A stretch of 62,904 bases of DNA from a virus (lineage: Duplodnaviria; Caudoviricetes). Shown piece after piece: positions 56,329-62,904 of the stretch. The stretch covers positions 1 through 62,904 of the IMG/VR virus record IMGVR_UViG_3300034168_001612. One strand, written 5' to 3'. Under the pieces are notes generated by a model. It was given only the letters and a program-made list of their open reading frames with translations. It was not told the origin of the DNA and ran no database searches. Position numbers and translations under genes: made by a program. Position 1 is the first letter of the stretch, and each line of letters opens with the position of its first letter.

Positions 56329-57350
56329 AACTAGGATCACCAAAGTATGAACAAAGTAAAAAGAATTATTTTTCATTCAAAAAGAATCAGAACACATTTA
56401 TTCTGAGAGTTCTTCCACCTATGGGTAATCTGGCAGATTCAGGCAAGTGGTCTATGTATCACAGAGTAGAATTTGGATATACAGGGACAGATGGCAAATT
56501 GCGACCTTTCCTATCTCCTAGAGTTGTAAACTATGGAGGGATGGTAGAGGTTGAATCAGAGTCACATAAAAGACGAGAGGCTATCAAAGTCCAGCAGGCT
56601 CAGGCCAAGAAGAGTGGCAACGGGGCGTTGGTAGAACAATGCACTAAAATGCTTCAGAAATATAACCAAGATGCAAAACATCACATGAATGTAATTGACC
56701 TACAAGGGAATATTGGACTATTTAAGATCGGTCATAAAGGATTCCAAGCGCTTAAAGCAGAAGTGGATCGTCTTCGCTCTGAAGGGATCGATCCTATCGG
56801 TGTAGAGAATGGTCGTTTCTTTGTGTTCAGCAGGAATGGAACTGGTCGAGATACTCTATACACTGTCAATGAATATAAACAAAAACAAGAAATCGCAACT
56901 CCTACCGGTAAATTAACGGCCATGATTGACCTTCCCCATTCAATCAGTGACTCCATTATGGTAAAGCTTTCTACCGATGCGTTCGAGTTAGATAAAATCT
57001 ATCCAACTGTAACTCCTGACGAAGAGCACAGAATTGTGCACGAAGGAGCTACAGCGGTAGATGAAATTCTGGGCAACAAAAGACAAAAAACCGAAGCAAG
57101 CTCTACGACTACTAGACAAACAACTGCAACTTCGGGTCTCTCGGTTCCTACTGGAACCGCAGATTTGCAAAAAACCGCAGGTGTCACAATGACAACTGCT
57201 AATGCAACCACTACAGTAACTGCTCAGACTGTTTCGGATGAGAGTGACTTTTACGAAGATGAGGACATGCCTGTAGGAATGGGGAACGTGGATGTTTCAA
57301 GTATGAGTGAGGAAGACTTCTTTAAAAAAGTAGAGAGTGGTAACTTCTAA
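56325..57350 (+). CDS. Single-stranded DNA-binding protein (gp32-like)
   Basis: ILRVLPP..GRFFVF.R.GTG..T.Y; acidic C-terminal tail. Confidence 0.7.
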   Translation: MKLGSPKYEQSKKNYFSFKKNQNTFILRVLPPMGNLADSGKWSMYHRVEFGYTGTDGKLRPFLSPRVVNYGGMVEVESESHKRREAIKVQQAQAKKSGNGALVEQCTKMLQKYNQDAKHHMNVIDLQGNIGLFKIGHKGFQALKAEVDRLRSEGIDPIGVENGRFFVFSRNGTGRDTLYTVNEYKQKQEIATPTGKLTAMIDLPHSISDSIMVKLSTDAFELDKIYPTVTPDEEHRIVHEGATAVDEILGNKRQKTEASSTTTRQTTATSGLSVPTGTADLQKTAGVTMTTANATTTVTAQTVSDESDFYEDEDMPVGMGNVDVSSMSEEDFFKKVESGNF

Positions 57351-57844
57351 TGTCAGACACAAAAAAAGGGACGATGCTTGTCGTCCCTGCTTTTAAACAT
57401 TGTAAGGAATTAAGGATAGATACCTCTAGCTGGGAAACGGCTAAAACTCGTATGAGTGAGGTTCAGCATCTAGTTCCTGCGAATTATTCCAGTCTTGAGT
57501 TTACCTTTCAAGAGGCTTGGAGAGAAGCAAGAAGAAATGCTATCATTACAGAAGATGCTATAAAAAAGGCTATGCAAAATATAGAGGAGATTAAAGCCGA
57601 TATTATTTTGACAGACATACCCAAGCTTCTGGAAGAAATGCCTAAGAACGCTAATAATACAGACTTTAGAAAAGCTGTTATTACTAAGAATGAAGATCAT
57701 AGGCAGGCGAATGAGCATTTAGAAAAACTTCAATCAATCCTAGCACATCTTGAATCGAATATGAAAGTGATGGAAAATACATCAAGATTTTTAAAAAAAC
57801 AAATGGACTACATTATCCGCAGTGGTAGTGTAGGCCTGAGATAA
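57350..57844 (+). CDS. Helical protein, possible UvsY-like recombination mediator
   Basis: All-helical; located between SSB and recombinase. Confidence 0.4.
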   Translation: MSDTKKGTMLVVPAFKHCKELRIDTSSWETAKTRMSEVQHLVPANYSSLEFTFQEAWREARRNAIITEDAIKKAMQNIEEIKADIILTDIPKLLEEMPKNANNTDFRKAVITKNEDHRQANEHLEKLQSILAHLESNMKVMENTSRFLKKQMDYIIRSGSVGLR

Positions 57845-57854
57845 GGAGCAACCC

Positions 57855-58895
57855 GTGGCTGAAAATAAATGGTTAAAACAACTTAGAAAACATGATGCTT
57901 ATGTGCAGCATAATTATGATGCTTTTGCATCCGAAAACTGTCTCTATACACCAAGTCCCTACATGAACTGGATCTTTGCAAACAAGTCACATGGCATCCC
58001 TAAGGGATCTGGTGTCCTGCTTTACTCTGAACCCAAAGCAGGTAAATCACTGCTTGCTCAATCAATTGCTGCCCAACTTCACCAGGATGATCCTGAAGGG
58101 ATTGTTATGTATTTCTCTACAGAATACAAGGGCAAGTTCCAGAAAGGATTCTTCACTGGAATTGATCCAGATCGTCTGTTATTTTATGATACATCTGATC
58201 CTAAGGATATCTTCGACTATCTGGCCTACGAGGTTCAACCTCTGGTTCAAGACGGCATGCCACTAAGACTGGTGATAATCGATTCGATCACCGCAATTGG
58301 TGGTGTAAAGGCACAAGGGAAGTCTGTTGAGGATCACTTGATCGGAGATAAAGCCTTGACCATTACCAGAGGTCTGGATCAGATTATTCCTTTTTTCAAG
58401 AAAAATAACATCAACTACATCACCGTTGCTCAGATTCGTATGAACATCGGATCGCACTACGGCCCAGATACTAAAGCGGCTGTTCCTAAGGCGTGTGAGC
58501 ATAACCATGAATACTTTATTTCTGTTAAAAAAGCTGGATCGGCTGACGATAAAAAAGATCTGGCAGGAAACAGTTTTGAAGGAGAATCAAAAGATGCCAG
58601 AGGGAATAAGGACTTGACCGGACATAAGATCTATGTTAAGATGGAGCAGAATTCGGTAGGAACAGCAGGACGAGCGGCAAGAATCACAGTTGATTATAAA
58701 AAAGGATTTATCAATCAACACGAAGAGATTTTTGAACTAGGTGTAAACACAGGAGTTCTAACTAGACCGAATAATCGTGTCTATGAATTCCAAGGGATTA
58801 CATATGATGGCAAAAACACTATGGCAGATGCTATCAAAAACAACCCCGGACTAGGCGAAGCTATTTTGAATGAAGTAAGATTGTTAGATTTATAA
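57855..58895 (+). CDS. RecA/UvsX-like recombinase
   Basis: GIPKG..YSEPKAGKS, VIIDSI, AQIR. Confidence 0.88.
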   Translation: MAENKWLKQLRKHDAYVQHNYDAFASENCLYTPSPYMNWIFANKSHGIPKGSGVLLYSEPKAGKSLLAQSIAAQLHQDDPEGIVMYFSTEYKGKFQKGFFTGIDPDRLLFYDTSDPKDIFDYLAYEVQPLVQDGMPLRLVIIDSITAIGGVKAQGKSVEDHLIGDKALTITRGLDQIIPFFKKNNINYITVAQIRMNIGSHYGPDTKAAVPKACEHNHEYFISVKKAGSADDKKDLAGNSFEGESKDARGNKDLTGHKIYVKMEQNSVGTAGRAARITVDYKKGFINQHEEIFELGVNTGVLTRPNNRVYEFQGITYDGKNTMADAIKNNPGLGEAILNEVRLLDL

Positions 58896-58904
58896 GGAGT
58901 TGTA

Positions 58905-59708
58905 ATGACTGATTTTTTAAGAAAGTTGGACGATCCAGAAGTGGATTGTAAAAAGAAGATTAATTCTAATGATTATTTTGAATTAGTCTACATGAGACAT
59001 CGGTATTTTAGAAAATCTACAAATCCTAAACCTGAAAGACTCCAGGAATTTGAAGAAATGATCTGTAATATTTCTGAAAAAATTTATTACAGAAATATAG
59101 GCATCTTTAAAATAGTAGGATTTGACAGTGATGATTTAAAAAACATAGGAAGAATTAATACGGTGTCGTTCATTTCCATGGGTGGGCTAAATGAAAATCC
59201 ACAGCTAATGGAAAAGTTTATTGCCGATCATAAGTATAAGTATGGCGACAAGAGCGATCCTAGTAAGCGTGACATATTTCTTAGAGAATGTTACAACCTT
59301 GCTAAGTATTTAAACCAAAGGCTTCAGGAAATTGCTAAATTTTGCGAAATTAAAAGCGCAAATATTATAGGAGATAAGGCTAAGAAAATCTATCTTATTG
59401 GGGGACAAGAAAAAAACCCTAGTGACGATAGCTTACTAATGTCTCCAGAATCCTTTGGGTTTAAGAAAATAAAGATAAAAAAGTTTAAACAAATGCTCAA
59501 AGATTTAAAACCTTTGAGCAAAACATCTTTCTTAACACCGGATGGTCAGGTTATTAGAATTGTTCATAAAAAACCTAACTATCTTGCGATTGAAGATTTT
59601 TATAGAAACAGTACAGATAACGAATCATACCTAAGTGCTGAAGACCTAATGATCAAAAAAGAAGAAATGGCGATGGCTCAAAAACTTGTTTCTAAAAAAA
59701 ATCTATGA
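58905..59708 (+). CDS. Hypothetical protein with weak sigma region-2 resemblance
   Basis: MICNISEKIY..GFDSDDLKNIG; AAGGAG RBS. Confidence 0.5.
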   Translation: MTDFLRKLDDPEVDCKKKINSNDYFELVYMRHRYFRKSTNPKPERLQEFEEMICNISEKIYYRNIGIFKIVGFDSDDLKNIGRINTVSFISMGGLNENPQLMEKFIADHKYKYGDKSDPSKRDIFLRECYNLAKYLNQRLQEIAKFCEIKSANIIGDKAKKIYLIGGQEKNPSDDSLLMSPESFGFKKIKIKKFKQMLKDLKPLSKTSFLTPDGQVIRIVHKKPNYLAIEDFYRNSTDNESYLSAEDLMIKKEEMAMAQKLVSKKNL

Positions 59709-59722
59709 TACTATAGGTGAGT

Positions 59723-60898
59723 ATGGCTGACAATGCTGATAAAGAAAGTCCTGAAGAGATGTTTAATAAGATTACGGAAGCGTATGACAAAACTGCTAAA
59801 ACGCAGCTTCTGGTCGAAGAAAACAAAGAACTTCAGGCGCAAATTTACAATGTTAAGCTTAAAATGCAAAAAAGTGAAATCGATAAGATTTCTAATATCC
59901 ACAATAATTTGCAAAAAGAAGACTTAACAAACAGAGTTTTTGATAAACAGAAAATGTTGAGAGATCTTGAGGATCGAAAAAACTCTGTTATTTTTTTAAA
60001 CGAAAAAATATCAAAACATTTTATTGCTGCTCCGGGAAGCTTGATCGTTGTGCCTTCTATGACAAATAATGGTAAATCAACACTTACCGCACACATAGCA
60101 GAAGCAATGGTCAATAAAAATAAAAAAGTTTTGATTCTTTCCAATGAAGAAAAAGAAGAAGATGTTAGAGCCAGGATCAGCTGTCTCAGGACTAAGGTAT
60201 CGTTCGGTGATTATAAAACAAATAAGTGCTCCCCTGAAGAGATTGATAAGGTACTGGATGATGCAGAATTACTGGCTAATAGCTCTAATCTTGTTGTAAT
60301 TTCTCCTAAAAATGAATCCGATGCATATAAAGTCACCACAGTAAGAGGTGTTATGGCCACGCTAGAAAAGGCCAAGGGGATCTTTGACGCTGTTATAATC
60401 GATTACTATACAAACGTAAACATCAGCGAAATGGGAGCACAAGATCCTTGGACCGTGAACAATGCTCTTGCTAGTGAACTTAACGTATTTAAAGACTCCT
60501 CTCCATTCCCTATTATAGCCATGGCCCAGTGTGACAGTTTGAGAAATGAGAAAAATAAACAAGATTTAGATGATGCGGATTTTGAATCTCAGCATCCAAT
60601 GTATAGATGGAAAGGTGGTAAATCAATTATCATCTATGCTACCGATATTATTGAACTTAAAAAAGATTTTGAAAATAGCAGATCCTACCTATATGCTCAC
60701 AAAGTCAGATTCGGACATGGAGATCTTCTAAGAGGCCACGTTCTTTACTTTGATAAAAAAATGCAAAGATTTTCTGAATGGACACCTCAAATTGATGCTC
60801 AAGTTACTGCCTCAAAAGTAATAAGACAAACAAGAGAACAGAGCAAGGACATGGGACTGGCGAATATTTTTGAAGACAAAAATGAAAGAAATGACTAA
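59723..60898 (+). CDS. DnaB-like replicative helicase
   Basis: SMTNNGKS, LSNEE, IIDY, AMAQ, KVRFG; TGATACTAT at 59706-59714. Confidence 0.8.
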   Translation: MADNADKESPEEMFNKITEAYDKTAKTQLLVEENKELQAQIYNVKLKMQKSEIDKISNIHNNLQKEDLTNRVFDKQKMLRDLEDRKNSVIFLNEKISKHFIAAPGSLIVVPSMTNNGKSTLTAHIAEAMVNKNKKVLILSNEEKEEDVRARISCLRTKVSFGDYKTNKCSPEEIDKVLDDAELLANSSNLVVISPKNESDAYKVTTVRGVMATLEKAKGIFDAVIIDYYTNVNISEMGAQDPWTVNNALASELNVFKDSSPFPIIAMAQCDSLRNEKNKQDLDDADFESQHPMYRWKGGKSIIIYATDIIELKKDFENSRSYLYAHKVRFGHGDLLRGHVLYFDKKMQRFSEWTPQIDAQVTASKVIRQTREQSKDMGLANIFEDKNERND

Positions 60899-61700
60899 AA
60901 ACTTTTTAGATTTATTTTTCAATCCCGGTGAGGAGATATGTTTCTCTCCGAATAAATATGCCTACCCTAGCGAATCTCAAGAAAAACTTGACGAAGAAAA
61001 AACAGTTCTAGTGGCGATCAATCCTATTAAGGGTCAAAGAAATGACGAAAACGTTGTCGCCTATAGGACATTTATGGTGGAGTGTGACGATGCAACCCTC
61101 GAAAATCAATGGAAATACATTAAAGACAGCGGCTTCCCTTATTCTTATTGTTGCTTTTCAGGCAATAAATCTCTACATTTTGCTCTCGTCCTTGATCACG
61201 ACATTCCCAGTTCCCACATTTATAGACATACCTATCAGTGGATTCTAAACATCCTCACTCAGGCCGATCAGAAAACTAAAAACCCTAGCCGGTCTATTAG
61301 GTTCCCGGGTGCGATCAGATCCGAAACAAACAAAGAACAAAGACTTCTTCATATGGGTAAGAGAATAAGCCTCGACACGCTGGCAGAATGGCTTAATAAG
61401 CACATTGATAAACAACCCAAGCCTTTGATCAGAAATAAAGGGAAAAGCCCTGTTCCTAATTTTAAAGGGATTAAACCATGGGTTATGCAGGCTCTGGTGG
61501 AAGGGGTTCATAATATGCACGGATCTCGAAATCAAAAATGGATGTCAATAGGGTGTGAATTTGCTTTAAATGGGTACGATGTAGATTCTACGATATTATA
61601 CTTGGAAAGGTTTTTTCAAGAGCAGTCTGATTTCAAAGAAAGAGAATGGCTGACAGCTATTAAATCGGGCTGGAGCTATGCCGACAAAATAACGAGATAA
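60882..61700 (+). CDS. AEP/RepB-type primase
   Basis: FMVECDD, FSGNKSLH, D..TKNPSRSIRFPG, PriCT-like GSRN. Confidence 0.75.
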   Translation: MKEMTKNFLDLFFNPGEEICFSPNKYAYPSESQEKLDEEKTVLVAINPIKGQRNDENVVAYRTFMVECDDATLENQWKYIKDSGFPYSYCCFSGNKSLHFALVLDHDIPSSHIYRHTYQWILNILTQADQKTKNPSRSIRFPGAIRSETNKEQRLLHMGKRISLDTLAEWLNKHIDKQPKPLIRNKGKSPVPNFKGIKPWVMQALVEGVHNMHGSRNQKWMSIGCEFALNGYDVDSTILYLERFFQEQSDFKEREWLTAIKSGWSYADKITR

Positions 61701-61702
61701 TT

Positions 61703-62419
61703 ATGACCGATGAATTAGATGTTTATCACAAATTTAAAAAAGATGATGTTGACCAGTTTATGGACAATCACATCTATCTTCCCACTCGAACCATTTATAT
61801 GGGGAGCATGAGCAGCTCTGACAGTGACGGAGAAAGTGGCACAGACTACCACATGGCCGAAACTGTTGTTAAAGCTCTTCATATTCTGGATAATCAGGAT
61901 TCTCTCTCAATGAAGGGTGAGAAGCCTATCAATGTGATCATGAACAATATTGGCGGTGACGTTTATCACGGCATGGCTATTTATGATGCTATTTCTAATT
62001 GTAAAAACCATGTGACAATCCGGGTATACGGGCATGCGATGTCTATGGGATCTTTAATCTTGCAAGCAGCCGATCAAAGAACCATGACAAGACACTCAAG
62101 AATCATGATACATTACGGAAGCGCTGGTACAAATCAGCATGCAAAAACTCTTTATAAATGGGCCAATGAGACAAAGAAATTTGATCAAATGATGGAAGAC
62201 ATCTACTTGGACAAGATTAGTGACAGGAAAATAACATTAGAAAAATATCTTACTTTAATTGACAGACAATCAGAAATCCCTGCAGGAAATGCTAAAAATA
62301 AAAAGATATCAATCGGAAGAAAAGAGCTTCAAGAGATGTTAAATTTTGATACTATAATAGATGCAGAGACCGCTCTTGAGCTTAATCTGATCGATAAGAT
62401 CGAGGATAAAAATGTCTGA
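61703..62419 (+). CDS. clpP: Cytoplasmic ClpP-family protease
   Basis: INVIMNNIGGDVYHG, AMSMGS, IMIH, AETALELNLID. Confidence 0.85.
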   Translation: MTDELDVYHKFKKDDVDQFMDNHIYLPTRTIYMGSMSSSDSDGESGTDYHMAETVVKALHILDNQDSLSMKGEKPINVIMNNIGGDVYHGMAIYDAISNCKNHVTIRVYGHAMSMGSLILQAADQRTMTRHSRIMIHYGSAGTNQHAKTLYKWANETKKFDQMMEDIYLDKISDRKITLEKYLTLIDRQSEIPAGNAKNKKISIGRKELQEMLNFDTIIDAETALELNLIDKIEDKNV

Positions 62420-62882
62420 ACAATTTGCAGGAGTTTCTCTTTCTGTTTTCCTAGTCTTAGTAAATCTGATAGCTTTTGTATATTTTACTAAGGTATTGTA
62501 CGGAAGATTTAAACTAAAAATACAGCAGATTAAAAAATTCAAGTTATTAGCGGCCAAAAAGTGCAAGGGACCACACATTTGGCTGACTATATCTGTAGAA
62601 GGTTCCCAGACCCATGTTTGTCGTGAATGCTATTTTGCTCCTAAGCATGATACTTTTGTTAAAGAATATTATGTAAAAGAAGCAATCTATACCCAGCAAT
62701 TTGAAGCAGATTACAAAAAATATCTTGACAAAAAAGTTCAGGAAATGGCTTTGTTTTACGGCATCGATGGTGAGGAGATTATAGAAATCAATGAAAAAAT
62801 TGTACAAATAAAACAAGAATTTTCCTTACAATATCTCAAAAAAATGATTCAGGAAATGAGCCAGGACTTGGAGAAAAAGTAG
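62412..62882 (+). CDS. Membrane-anchored protein with a C/H zinc motif
   Basis: N-terminal TM; CKGPH..CREC. Confidence 0.6.
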   Translation: MSEQFAGVSLSVFLVLVNLIAFVYFTKVLYGRFKLKIQQIKKFKLLAAKKCKGPHIWLTISVEGSQTHVCRECYFAPKHDTFVKEYYVKEAIYTQQFEADYKKYLDKKVQEMALFYGIDGEEIIEINEKIVQIKQEFSLQYLKKMIQEMSQDLEKK

Positions 62883-62904
62883 TGATAGAAGAATTTCGAT
62901 TCTG

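Noticed and set aside
1-62904. Genome-wide TAG recoding (in-frame genes follow TAG at 2947, 6152, 23792 and 25559)
   Set aside because: Core genes are intact in the standard code, and TAG ends nrdA, nrdB, portal and others with out-of-frame successors
1-62904. tRNA, rRNA, integrase or IS elements
   Set aside because: No cloverleaf or T-loop signature, and no recombinase or transposase motifs recognised by eye; a tRNAscan run would be needed to be sure

Overview
This window is part of a large, AT-rich, lytic-type dsDNA myovirus genome (Caudoviricetes; the capsid, portal and protease resemble Herelleviridae proteins; the host cannot be determined from this window). 1-23.4 kb is a morphogenesis region: fibre, major capsid protein, scaffold, a divergently transcribed prohead protease, neck and tail-completion genes, sheath and tube. 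These are interleaved with charged, modular proteins carrying many hydrophobic-x-K-[S/A] motifs. 23.4-33.7 kb holds small accessory genes, an AAA+ ATPase, GroEL, terminase, portal and an endolysin. 33.7-62.9 kb is replication and metabolism: SF2 helicase, sigma factor, GroES-like, SbcCD, two ClpP, class Ia RNR, DEDDh exonuclease, DnaE, SSB, RecA, helicase and primase. The main candidate for a new system is a set of protease-processed head-cargo polyproteins. One starts with an mCpol (minimal CRISPR polymerase) nucleotide-cyclase-like domain and appears to be extended by an unannotated -1 frameshift at A_AAA_AAG. Others carry a HExxH zincin, an HDxxGH domain plus a lytic transglycosylase, and possibly a NUDIX hydrolase. 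Also seen: a recurrent late-promoter candidate (WAATCTTTA), a sigma factor lacking region 4.2 with a separate region-4 protein, and a ClpP with a signal peptide. All family calls are by-eye motif recognition; no database search was run.
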